This document shows positions 7,837 through 15,627 of a DNA stretch of 45,762 nucleotides, piece after piece (positions within the stretch are counted from its first letter, which is position 1; every line of letters begins with the position of its first letter). Under the pieces are notes generated by a model, which was not told the DNA's origin, ran no database searches, and saw only the letters and a list, made by a program, of their open reading frames with translations. The translations under genes were made by a program, and so were the position numbers. Source of the stretch: a virus; IMG/VR virus record IMGVR_UViG_3300040985_000986, positions 1-45,762 of that record. One strand, given 5' to 3'.

Positions 7837-9945
7837 TCATAACACGCGATCCTCCAGCCACTTGCGGCCGTGTTCGGTCACCTTCATACACTGGTGCCTA
7901 CCGTTGCCGCTCACCTCAACGAAGTTCAGACACTGCCTCAGATCACGCCACAGGGCCCGCCACTGCTGCTGCGTCAACTCACCGCACGCCGCAGCCTCTA
8001 GATCAGTCGCGCGGGTGCCTCGCATAATCTCGATGAGCACCTCCTCGACCACCGCCTGCATCGGTGCCGGCACGAGCTCAGGGTCGCTGCCATTCTTCCA
8101 AGGAATGACCACGCCGCCGGTCTCCATTTCACCGTGCCGGTCCTCGCCGAGCTCGACGCTGCAGATCTCGAAACTGATCGCATCCAGCCGCTGCCAGTTC
8201 TTGCACTTGACCGGCTGCACCTTGACCAGGTCACCGGTCCTCGTCCACGGCTCCTGCGGCGCTCCGCCGAATGCTTCCGCGGCCGCTGGTTTGCCGGCCC
8301 CGCCGGGCACCTGCGAGATGCGGAACTCGGCGTCTGCAGCAGCAATGAAAACGCTCGAACCGCGAGCCCTTGTGTCCTTGTCCTGGCCCGAGTGATGCAC
8401 AAACCCAACCAGGCACCTGAACGTGCGCTGCATCGCCGCCGCGTTCGCCATCGCTGCACTCATGTCCTCGGTGCTGTCCTCCGATCCGCGGCCGTAGTTT
8501 GTCGCGAGTGTGTCGAGCAACACGAGCACCGGTTCGGCCTGCAGCACATCGACAATCGCTTGTGCGTGCCGCTGCATCTGTTCCGCGTCGAGCAGCTGCG
8601 TCGGTGCCGTCGAGAACACCACCGGCACATCCTTCGGATCGATGCCGCGGATCGCGCACTCGGCCGCGAAGCGCGCGGCCACACCGCTGCCGTCCTCGCC
8701 GACGATCACAGCCACGGGCCCGTGCAGGTGCACCGCCATGCCGTGCCAGGTGTCCTCGCCACATGCTATCGCCATCGCCAGCGACAACGCGACCAGGCTC
8801 TTGCCCGCGCCTGGCTTGCCGAACAGCTGCACCAGCCCGCGCCGCGGCAAGAACCCTTGGATCGCAAACTCAGCCGCGCCCATCCAGTCGCGATACGCGG
8901 CGCCATCCATATACAACGGCACGTCCGAAGCGCAGGGAAGCGCTGCGTGCGCTTCCGACGGAAGCGCAACTTCGCCCCACTCGACGGGCAATGGCGGCGG
9001 GCTCGTCGCGTCAGGCGCGAGCTCGCACAACGTGCCCCAGCCCGGCCGGTGCTCCGGCGGATCTACTGCGAAGCTGTGCCATCGCTTCTCTGCGTCGTCT
9101 GCGCTGTAGTTTGGGGCCGTTGCGCTCCATTCGTCCCAGACTTCGAATGGTGTGCCCAACTTGAAACAAGCCATGCCTGCTGCGATCCACGACTCATGCG
9201 GGGTAGCGTCGATCTGCCCCAACATGTGCTGCACTTCGCGGATCGTGCGCGGCACCTCCGATGTCGAGCTCGACTCGCGCTCTGGTCGACGCAGCAACTC
9301 AACCATCGGCGCCGGCGGGTCGTCCTCGCGCAGCAACCCCCACTCGCCTGATGTGTTGCCGACCACGTCACCGGTCACCGTCATGTAGCGACCGCTCGTG
9401 TAGCACTCCAGGTGCGCGCCGGGACCGAACGCATCGCGCGACGAGCTCCGCCAACTAGCCGGCAATGTGCCGGCGTAGATCTGGTGCACGCCGTCGCGGC
9501 CGGGGCTGCGCTCAGTGTAGGTCGGCGGCATGCGCTTGAGCATCGCGTGCGCGGCGTCGATCAGCGCGTCGTTCACGATGACGTGGTCGTAGTCGACAGC
9601 GACGAGCTCCTGGCCGTCGATCATCACGCCGAGACATGCGACGCGATCGTCGGCGAGCGCATACCCGCACGCCTCCTCGAACGTCATCCACGTCGCGCGG
9701 TCGGTCGAGCTCGCCGCGCCGCCGGCGTAGCCGTTGCTACTCAGCGGCGCCTTGCTGCTGAGTGTGCGACCGTCGGCGCGCAGCACCGGGCTGCGATCAG
9801 CGCAGACCCAGATCCGTCGCCGCCTCAATTCTTCCGGCACGTTGCGCAGCACGCGGTCGATGTCGTCTGCGGTAATCCGGGGCAGAATATCTAGCCTCGG
9901 CCCTTTGCGGCCGCGCGGGCCGTCGCTACTCTCTGTGGCAGTCAT
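7837..9945 (-). CDS. Bifunctional primase-polymerase with PriCT-like domain, RecA-type (AAA_25/RepA-like) helicase and a C-terminal winged-helix-like tail (702 aa from the ATG at 9945).
   Basis: Prim-pol motifs LVAVDYDH, SPGRDGVHQIY and ECYTSGRYMTVTG. PriCT-like WIAAGMACFKLG...WDEWS...KRWHSF. Walker A GKPGAGKS. RBS GAGAGGAA precedes the ATG at 9945, whereas the track start at 9984 falls inside a hairpin. Confidence 0.9.
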   Translation of the reverse strand: MTATESSDGPRGRKGPRLDILPRITADDIDRVLRNVPEELRRRRIWVCADRSPVLRADGRTLSSKAPLSSNGYAGGAASSTDRATWMTFEEACGYALADDRVACLGVMIDGQELVAVDYDHVIVNDALIDAAHAMLKRMPPTYTERSPGRDGVHQIYAGTLPASWRSSSRDAFGPGAHLECYTSGRYMTVTGDVVGNTSGEWGLLREDDPPAPMVELLRRPERESSSTSEVPRTIREVQHMLGQIDATPHESWIAAGMACFKLGTPFEVWDEWSATAPNYSADDAEKRWHSFAVDPPEHRPGWGTLCELAPDATSPPPLPVEWGEVALPSEAHAALPCASDVPLYMDGAAYRDWMGAAEFAIQGFLPRRGLVQLFGKPGAGKSLVALSLAMAIACGEDTWHGMAVHLHGPVAVIVGEDGSGVAARFAAECAIRGIDPKDVPVVFSTAPTQLLDAEQMQRHAQAIVDVLQAEPVLVLLDTLATNYGRGSEDSTEDMSAAMANAAAMQRTFRCLVGFVHHSGQDKDTRARGSSVFIAAADAEFRISQVPGGAGKPAAAEAFGGAPQEPWTRTGDLVKVQPVKCKNWQRLDAISFEICSVELGEDRHGEMETGGVVIPWKNGSDPELVPAPMQAVVEEVLIEIMRGTRATDLEAAACGELTQQQWRALWRDLRQCLNFVEVSGNGRHQCMKVTEHGRKWLEDRVL

Positions 9946-9970
9946 GGTTCCTCTCTGGTAAGGGGGACAC

Positions 9971-10009
9971 CGCAGGCCGCACACGTTTGGTCAACGTGTG
10001 CGGCCTGCG
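9971..10009. promoter_or_regulatory. Perfect 17-bp inverted repeat with a 5-nt loop, in the divergent control region between the two arms.
   Basis: CGCAGGCCGCACACGTT-tggtc-AACGTGTGCGGCCTGCG, followed on the plus strand by TTCTTTTC. An unusually AT-rich tract lies at 10049..10072. Confidence 0.5.
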
Positions 10010-10149
10010 TTCTTTTCGGGAGAAAGAAAGCTACAGCCACGGGCAGGGATAAAAAAACTTCAAAATATCTTCAGACACCACTGGACACCTCCCGACAGTT
10101 ATGGGAGAAGAGGGGCTCGCGAAAGTCCTAACCACAACCAACCAACACG

Positions 10150-10980
10150 ATGACCAACAGCTTTACCGACCGCAACACCGCCCGCAAGATCGCCAACTTC
10201 ATCGCCAGCGATGCCCCGCACAACCTAAGCCAGGGCATCCCTGGTTGGGATTGCGTCGACTCCCCGCTGCACGGCAACCGTGACGCCGAGCGGCTCGATG
10301 CTCCCGCCAGATACGACTGCTACTACGTCAAGACGGAGATGGACGGCTCGCCTGTGCAGAGCACGCTAGCCGACCTCGAAGCCTCGCTCGCTGGCGACAA
10401 GAACGCTTCGATCGACACCAAGGTGCTCAAGGTAGTGGTGCTGCACTGGGAACGACAGCTGCCAGGATGCTGGCGCACCTTCGAACTGCTGACGCTCAAG
10501 GACGCCATCGCCGAGATCAAGCGCACCGGTCGCGACAGCATCATTGGTCGCCTTCATATCTGGCCGAACGGCTCGGACAAAGCTCGCAGCTATGTCAACA
10601 ACGTCATCTACGAGCAGACCAACCCTGAAGGCTACGCCGAGATGGTCGCCGAGATCGCTCCGACACCGGAATACAGCTCTGCTGAGAAACTAGCTGACGC
10701 AAGGGCTGCCGAGAACAAGCCGACCACCGAAGACGTGCGGGCCATAATGATGGCCAGAATGTCACCGAAGACCAAGGCAAGTGGCGCTGTCGCAACGAAC
10801 ACGACCAGCCAGGAGCTGTCCGACAAGATTGTCGCCGACCACGCCTTCGCCGCGCGGCCGACCTGCAATCGCTGCAGCGGCAAGCTCACCCAGCTCGACA
10901 TCGCCGGCAGCCTGAGCGAGCTAGGCTTCGACGTCTACGAAGCCATCTGCGGCACCTGCTACGACGCCCACTACTGCTAA
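10150..10980 (+). CDS. Hypothetical early protein (276 aa) with a C-terminal CxxC...CxxC zinc ribbon.
   Basis: First long ORF of the plus arm. Contains CNRCSG...CGTCYDAHYC. No other motif recognised and no clear SD sequence. Confidence 0.6.
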   Translation: MTNSFTDRNTARKIANFIASDAPHNLSQGIPGWDCVDSPLHGNRDAERLDAPARYDCYYVKTEMDGSPVQSTLADLEASLAGDKNASIDTKVLKVVVLHWERQLPGCWRTFELLTLKDAIAEIKRTGRDSIIGRLHIWPNGSDKARSYVNNVIYEQTNPEGYAEMVAEIAPTPEYSSAEKLADARAAENKPTTEDVRAIMMARMSPKTKASGAVATNTTSQELSDKIVADHAFAARPTCNRCSGKLTQLDIAGSLSELGFDVYEAICGTCYDAHYC

Positions 10981-11008
10981 CCCCAACCCAAGACACGAGG
11001 ACGCGACC

Positions 11009-11293
11009 ATGACACTCAAGCCAACCACCACCGACTGCCAGTGCTGCAAGCAGCCTCGCCGCCTCATCGACAAGCGTCGGTATACCTGCCGCACCTGCGG
11101 CGACAAGATCCACTCCTGCTGCGCGTTGGATGGAACGGCTAACGACGCTACCTGCAAGCCGTGCGCTCAACAGGCGCGTGATGCCATGAGGGCTGACAAG
11201 CGGCGCAGCCACACCTGCGCGGTATGCGACAAGCGAGTCACGCACTGGCACGTATTCACCGGCCAAGGCTGCGCCGGGCGACCAACCAACTAA
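11009..11293 (+). CDS. Cys-rich zinc-finger protein (94 aa).
   Basis: Has 12 Cys, mostly in CxxC or CC pairs (CQCC, CRTC, CC, CKPC, CAVC). RBS GAGGA precedes the ATG. Confidence 0.65.
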   Translation: MTLKPTTTDCQCCKQPRRLIDKRRYTCRTCGDKIHSCCALDGTANDATCKPCAQQARDAMRADKRRSHTCAVCDKRVTHWHVFTGQGCAGRPTN

Positions 11294-11320
11294 CCCACCC
11301 CTTACCCGGAGACCAGAACC

Positions 11321-11614
11321 ATGACACGCTCAAAGAAGATGCACTGCGACAACTGCACGACCGAAGACGCGATCCACGGCACGATGCACCCGAAGTGGTT
11401 GCCGACGACTGGGCCAGCTGCTCGGCTAACCCAGGGAACACTTCTTCGAGCCCGCAACCTCACCGACACGGTCTGGGAGTGCATCAACTGCCACGCCCAG
11501 AAGCCACGCCGCGTCTGCAACTCGAAGGTCACCAAGCTGATCAACTCCGATGCCGGCCTCGACGCCATCATCGATCAGATGATCGCTGACCGCGAGGCGA
11601 GGACGCAACAATGA
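11321..11614 (+). CDS. Zinc-ribbon protein (97 aa) that carries one copy of the 43-bp repeat.
   Basis: CDNC ... CINC pairs. RBS GGAG. The repeat at 11409..11451 lies between the two CxxC pairs. Confidence 0.65.
   Translation: MTRSKKMHCDNCTTEDAIHGTMHPKWLPTTGPAARLTQGTLLRARNLTDTVWECINCHAQKPRRVCNSKVTKLINSDAGLDAIIDQMIADREARTQQ
11409..11451. repeat. 43-bp perfect direct repeat, copy A. The partner is at 28387..28429.
   Basis: ctgggccagctgctcggctaacccagggaacacttcttcgagc is identical at both loci, with mismatches immediately outside on both sides. Confidence 0.95.
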
Positions 11615-11838
11615 GAGTAACGAACCAAAGCGTAGCGGATCGACTCCGCCAAAGGGGTTTCGGTGGCATTCAAGCCGACAACCTGAGCATCAACGATGTG
11701 CAGTTCGCCTACGACCAGCTTCGAGACGAAGCAGGTAACCCGCAGCGCGTATATGACGGGCCGCGAGGTGGCGGGTTCGCACGAGGCATTTCCGAGGCTC
11801 GCGTCGATGCGATCATTGACCTTCTCACAACCAACTAA
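11611..11838 (+). CDS. Hypothetical early protein (75 aa).
   Basis: ATGA overlap with the upstream gene. Ends in the conserved CAACCAACTAACCC junction. Confidence 0.6.
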   Translation: MRVTNQSVADRLRQRGFGGIQADNLSINDVQFAYDQLRDEAGNPQRVYDGPRGGGFARGISEARVDAIIDLLTTN

Positions 11839-11864
11839 CCCCCACCAACCTGGAGACCAGAACG

Positions 11865-12152
11865 ATGAACAGCTACGAATACCAAGAGAACCGCAGCAAA
11901 CTAAGCGAAGCCGAGAGGGTATCTTGGCTCCGCAAGAACTGGGCATTGCAGATCGATTCCCTGGACGTTCTCATGCTGTGCGAGCTAGCCGCCAAAGGGC
12001 TTGAACGCGCTTCCCTCGACCAACCCAACTCCACTACCGAGGAGAAACGATTGGCGCGATCGCAGGCGTGGATAGCTGACCAACCCAACTCCACTACCGA
12101 GGAGAAACGATTGGCGCGATCGCAGGCGTGGATAGCTGACCAACCCCACTAA
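11865..12152 (+). CDS. Hypothetical early protein (95 aa) containing an exact in-frame 20-aa duplication.
   Basis: The peptide DQPNSTTEEKRLARSQAWIA occurs twice in tandem. RBS GGAG. Confidence 0.6.
   Translation: MNSYEYQENRSKLSEAERVSWLRKNWALQIDSLDVLMLCELAAKGLERASLDQPNSTTEEKRLARSQAWIADQPNSTTEEKRLARSQAWIADQPH
12018..12137 (+). repeat. Perfect tandem duplication, 2 x 60 bp plus 9 bp of a third unit.
   Basis: 12018..12077 equals 12078..12137 base for base. The next 9 nt (gaccaaccc) restart the unit. Confidence 0.95.
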
Positions 12153-12179
12153 CCCAACCCAAGACACGAGGACATTGAC

Positions 12180-12341
12180 ATGACACTCACGACACAAGAC
12201 CAACAAAGCGAAGCCGCCAAGCTCCGCATTCGCCGCCATCGCGCACGCCTGCTGATGCAGCACCCCTGGTATGGCAGCATCGACACATTAGTCAGGCAAG
12301 CAGCTGCCGACGCTGCCGCCGCCGCTGCCGGAGGCTTCTAA
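12180..12341 (+). CDS. Small hypothetical ORF (53 aa), below the track cut-off.
   Basis: Hand translation gives MTLTTQDQQSEAAKLRIRRHRARLLMQHPWYGSIDTLVRQAAADAAAAAAGGF. It is preceded by the same 21-bp box plus GAGGA RBS as the gene at 11009. Confidence 0.45.
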   Translation: MTLTTQDQQSEAAKLRIRRHRARLLMQHPWYGSIDTLVRQAAADAAAAAAGGF

Positions 12342-12375
12342 CGATGACCCCCACCCCTAACTAAGGACTGAGACC

Positions 12376-12648
12376 ATGACTAAGACCTACACCGACTACA
12401 TCGCCGAACTCGACGACCTGCTCGTGGATACGCGCGGACAGGTAATGACAACCGAAGTGGCACTTTCCATCACGGTCCTCACTGGCCGCGCCGTGATAGC
12501 TGCTCGCGCCGAACTGCTCGACCACATAGGCCAGCCCGCCAACGGTGAGGACATCGACCGCACTGCTGACATATCATGCCCCCGCACTGCTGAGATGGTC
12601 GCCGAGCAGAACTACGAGCGATACATGACCGTGCGGGAGAAACAATGA
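12376..12648 (+). CDS. Hypothetical early protein (90 aa).
   Basis: ORF with an upstream GGACTGAGACC leader. No motif recognised. Confidence 0.6.
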   Translation: MTKTYTDYIAELDDLLVDTRGQVMTTEVALSITVLTGRAVIAARAELLDHIGQPANGEDIDRTADISCPRTAEMVAEQNYERYMTVREKQ

Positions 12649-12694
12649 GCGGCGGACTAGACACCGCCAGACACAACGCTACTCTACTGAAGCC

Positions 12695-13393
12695 ATGACA
12701 TACACCAACGACAAGTTCAACGGGCGCAGCACCACACCGCTGCGCGTCTACAAGAAGGACGGCACAGCCATACCCTTCGACACCCCCTTCGCCAGCTTGC
12801 GCGAGGTCTGCGAAGTGCTGCGCGCCGAGGGCGGCAGTTTCTCGATGTCGCTAGTCCGCGACATCGAATCGGTGCGCGGCCCGACGGCCAAGCAGGCGGC
12901 CTGGGCGCACAAGCTAGCCACTGACGCGATCACGCCGCGCACCGTCGAGCCGACGGTCGGCGGCCTCGCGCCGGTGATCGCGATGCTCGACAAGGCTGCT
13001 CGCCACCAGAAGCGCATGCCCATGATCGAGCTCCGCGCCGGCGATCAGCGCGTCGTGATCAAGCGCCGCAAGGACGGCAGCGCAGCCGTCACCGATGGGC
13101 GCCCCTACGGCGACAACACGCTGTTCGGCTTCGTCGAGGCGGGCGGCAACTACCGCCCGACGCGGGGCAACTTGCGCGCGGTCGAGACCGTGCTGCGCGA
13201 GCTCGCCGCCGACCCGGCGAGGGTCGCAGGGCAACACGGCGTCGCGACAGGCAACTGCTGCTTTTGCAACACGGCGCTGTCCGACAGACGTAGCCGCTCG
13301 GTCGGCTACGGCCCGACCTGCGCGGGCAAGTTCGGCTTGCCATGGGGCGACACCAGCGCCGCCGACGCCGCCGACAAGGCGGCCAAGGCATGA
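12695..13393 (+). CDS. DUF6011-type zinc-binding protein (232 aa).
   Basis: The C-terminal CCFCNTALSDRRSRSVGYGPTCAGKFGLPW matches the DUF6011 signature as I remember it. Confidence 0.65.
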   Translation: MTYTNDKFNGRSTTPLRVYKKDGTAIPFDTPFASLREVCEVLRAEGGSFSMSLVRDIESVRGPTAKQAAWAHKLATDAITPRTVEPTVGGLAPVIAMLDKAARHQKRMPMIELRAGDQRVVIKRRKDGSAAVTDGRPYGDNTLFGFVEAGGNYRPTRGNLRAVETVLRELAADPARVAGQHGVATGNCCFCNTALSDRRSRSVGYGPTCAGKFGLPWGDTSAADAADKAAKA

Positions 13394-13545
13394 GCCCCCG
13401 CGCACGCTACAGGAGGGCCATGGGGCGGCAAGACCGCCAAGGCGTGAGCCCTCGCACACGTTACAAGCTGGAGCTCGTCGGCGCCGGCATTCTTATCGCC
13501 CTCACAATCCTCGGCGGCCTCGCCGCCATGTGCCTGATCAGATGA
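13390..13545 (+). CDS. Small membrane protein (51 aa from the ATG at 13390).
   Basis: ATGA overlap with the upstream gene. Duplicated SPR(A/T)RY(R/K) segment, then a TM helix LVGAGILIALTILGGLAAMCLI. Confidence 0.45.
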   Translation: MSPRARYRRAMGRQDRQGVSPRTRYKLELVGAGILIALTILGGLAAMCLIR

Positions 13546-13778
13546 TGAACCTCTACGAAATCACCGGCATGGCCGACCGCGACCGCGCCATAATCGCGGC
13601 GCCTCACCCTACGGCCGCGGACGAGCTCTGCCCGTTCTACGTCGACACCATCGATCAGATCGGCACGGTCAACGTCGAAGAGGCGCGCGTGCTGCTCGCA
13701 GTGAACGAGCACGACGTCGCCGCCGACGGCGTCTGGGTTCGCGTCGACGTCATCGACGACAGCGGGCTGATCTCGTGA
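13543..13778 (+). CDS. Hypothetical acidic protein (78 aa; the real part of the 227-aa track ORF).
   Basis: MMNLYEITG... begins right after the previous stop. The upstream part of the track ORF overlaps the DUF6011 gene in an Arg/Pro-rich frame. Its stop overlaps the GTG start of the SNF2 gene (GTGA). Confidence 0.5.
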
Positions 13779-15103
13779 GACCCTTTGCCTACCAACGCGC
13801 CGGCATCGACTTCCTGGCCGACAATAAACGCGCGGCCCTGCTCGACGAGCCAGGGCTAGGCAAGACCGGTCAAGCGCTCGAAGCGATCAACAGGATGCGG
13901 GCCAAGCGCACGCTGCTGATCGTGCCGCTGGTCGTCGTGCCCAACTGGGAACGTGAACTCGGCATGTGGTCGCCGTGGGCCAGTTACCAACGGCTCGCGA
14001 CAGGACGTGCCAAGGTCGACCCTGACGTGTCTGTCGTGATATGTCCGACGTCGCTACTGAGTCGACGCAACAATGTCGTCGAGCAGCTGGCCGGCCAGGA
14101 CTGGGACGTCGTCGTCGTTGACGAGGCGCACCACTACAAGAATCACGAGTCGACGCGCACGGTGAACCTTTACGGCCGCGCCGGCATCGCAGTGCGCGCC
14201 GAGCACCTCTGGCTGCTATCCGGCACGCTGGTGCCGAACAATCCCTCTGAGGTCTGGACGCACCTGCTGCACCTGGCCCCAGAAGCGATGGCGCGCAACG
14301 GGCGCCCGATGTCGCACTACGCATTCGTCCAGCGCTACTGCGAGTTCGAAGAGACGCGGTTCGGCCGCAAGATCGTCGGCGCCAAGAACACGGCCGAGCT
14401 CCGCGACATCATTAGCAGCTGTTCGCTAAGGCGCCTGCAGCGCAACGTGCTCGCCGATCTGCCGGCCATGCGCCGAGCTACCGTCGACCTGCCCAAGCCC
14501 ACCAGAAAGCAGATGGCGCCGCTGTCGGATCTGCTGGACAGGATGTCCGAGGAGCTACGCACCGACGTGCGCAAGCTCGACGGCGCCGAGCTCTTGCAGG
14601 TGTTCCAGCAGTCGGACAGCTTCAGCACATACCGCCGCCTGTGCGGCGAGCTCAAGGCCGAGCTCGCCGCCGAGTGGCTGGGCGAGGAGCTCGACTCGGG
14701 CATGGCCAAGGTCGTCGTGTTCGCGCAGCACCGCGGCGTCATCGCGGAGTTGGCGGTGGCGCTGGCCGACTACGGCGTCGAGCAGATCCACGGCGGCGTC
14801 AAGGCCGACGCGCGGCAGGCGGCGGTCGACCGGTTCCAGCAGCAGCCCGACGCACGCGTGATCATCTGCCAGCTGACGGCGGCGTCGGTCGGCATCACGC
14901 TAACCGCGAGCACCAACGCAGTCTTCGTCGAGGCCGACTGGGTGCCGGGCACCAACATACAAGCAGAGAAACGCATACACCGCATCGGGCAATCCCACCC
15001 TGTGCTGGTCCGATATTTACAGCTGGCCGATTCGATCGACCAGATCATCACCGAAGCTCTGGTCACTAAGACCAGCATGATCGCGGCCCTTGAGACGGCC
15101 TAG
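13775..15103 (+). CDS. SNF2/RAD54-family helicase (442 aa).
   Basis: Motif I LLDEPGLGKTGQA, motif II VVVDEAHHYKN, and C-terminal helicase motifs (...GVKADARQAAVDRFQ..., QAEKRIHRIGQ). Confidence 0.9.
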   Translation: MRPFAYQRAGIDFLADNKRAALLDEPGLGKTGQALEAINRMRAKRTLLIVPLVVVPNWERELGMWSPWASYQRLATGRAKVDPDVSVVICPTSLLSRRNNVVEQLAGQDWDVVVVDEAHHYKNHESTRTVNLYGRAGIAVRAEHLWLLSGTLVPNNPSEVWTHLLHLAPEAMARNGRPMSHYAFVQRYCEFEETRFGRKIVGAKNTAELRDIISSCSLRRLQRNVLADLPAMRRATVDLPKPTRKQMAPLSDLLDRMSEELRTDVRKLDGAELLQVFQQSDSFSTYRRLCGELKAELAAEWLGEELDSGMAKVVVFAQHRGVIAELAVALADYGVEQIHGGVKADARQAAVDRFQQQPDARVIICQLTAASVGITLTASTNAVFVEADWVPGTNIQAEKRIHRIGQSHPVLVRYLQLADSIDQIITEALVTKTSMIAALETA

Positions 15104-15112
15104 CATTAGTCC

Positions 15113-15140
15113 TTGACACTCCTGGGCATGTTCTTACAGT
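15113..15140 (+). promoter_or_regulatory. Sigma70-like promoter candidate.
   Basis: TTGACA (15113..15118), a 16-nt spacer, then TACAGT (15135..15140). It sits in the 62-bp gap before the gene at 15166. Confidence 0.4.
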
Positions 15141-15165
15141 CCTGCCCCCAACCCACTAGACACAT

Positions 15166-15627
15166 ATGAAAATCTCCATCGACGTCACCCCCGAGTCTCC
15201 CGAAGAACTGGCCCGCCTGTTCGCTTTCATCTCCGGCCGTGATGGCATCGAGTTACCCCCACTGGCAGCGGCAGCTGTGGCTAAGGCTTCGGTGGCCGAG
15301 AACGCAGCCGCAGAAGCCGAAGAGATCACGACGGCGACCAAGAAGGCCGCCAAGAAGGCGACCAAGAAGGCGACCAAGAAGGCGAAGAGCGCCGACACCA
15401 AGGAGGCCAAGTTCGCGGAGGCGAAAGCTGAACCCGCCGCAGACTCGCGTAAGCAGGTCGAGAACGACTTGCGCGCGTTCGCAGCGGAGCACGGCATGCC
15501 ACAGTTGCGCGACGCCCTCAAGGACGCGGCGCTGCCCCGCCTGCAGGATGCGAGCGACGACGACCTGCCCAAGTTCCGCGCCGTCCTTGACGGGTTGCGT
15601 GGCGCACAGCAAGGGGATCTCCTCTAG
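15166..15627 (+). CDS. Ala/Lys-rich protein with a KKA(A/T) repeat (153 aa), possibly nucleic-acid binding.
   Basis: TKKAAKKATKKATKKAK is encoded by 12-bp tandem repeats at about 15343..15385. It is the first gene of the DUF2800/DUF2815/polymerase block. Confidence 0.6.
   Translation: MKISIDVTPESPEELARLFAFISGRDGIELPPLAAAAVAKASVAENAAAEAEEITTATKKAAKKATKKATKKAKSADTKEAKFAEAKAEPAADSRKQVENDLRAFAAEHGMPQLRDALKDAALPRLQDASDDDLPKFRAVLDGLRGAQQGDLL

Noticed and set aside
8134-9351. A 405-aa plus-strand ORF and several others of 150-220 aa overlapping the primase-helicase gene.
   Set aside because: The minus-strand frame carries clear prim-pol, PriCT and Walker motifs. The overlapping frames are Arg/Ala/Pro-rich artefacts of high GC content.
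11409-11451. The 43-bp repeat pair as a diversity-generating retroelement template/variable repeat pair.
   Set aside because: No reverse transcriptase gene is present. The copies are identical, with no adenine-specific differences. The target is not at the C-terminus of a receptor-binding protein.
12018-12150. Tandem repeats, here and at 44740..45110 and 15343..15385, as possible CRISPR arrays.
   Set aside because: The repeats are contiguous with no spacers, in-frame and inside ORFs. No cas genes are present.
13095-13542. The N-terminal two-thirds of the 227-aa track ORF 13095..13778.
   Set aside because: It overlaps the DUF6011 gene and the small membrane ORF in another frame, and it is Arg/Pro/Ala-rich. 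Only the last 78 codons (13543..13778) behave like a gene, since they are coupled to neighbours at both ends.
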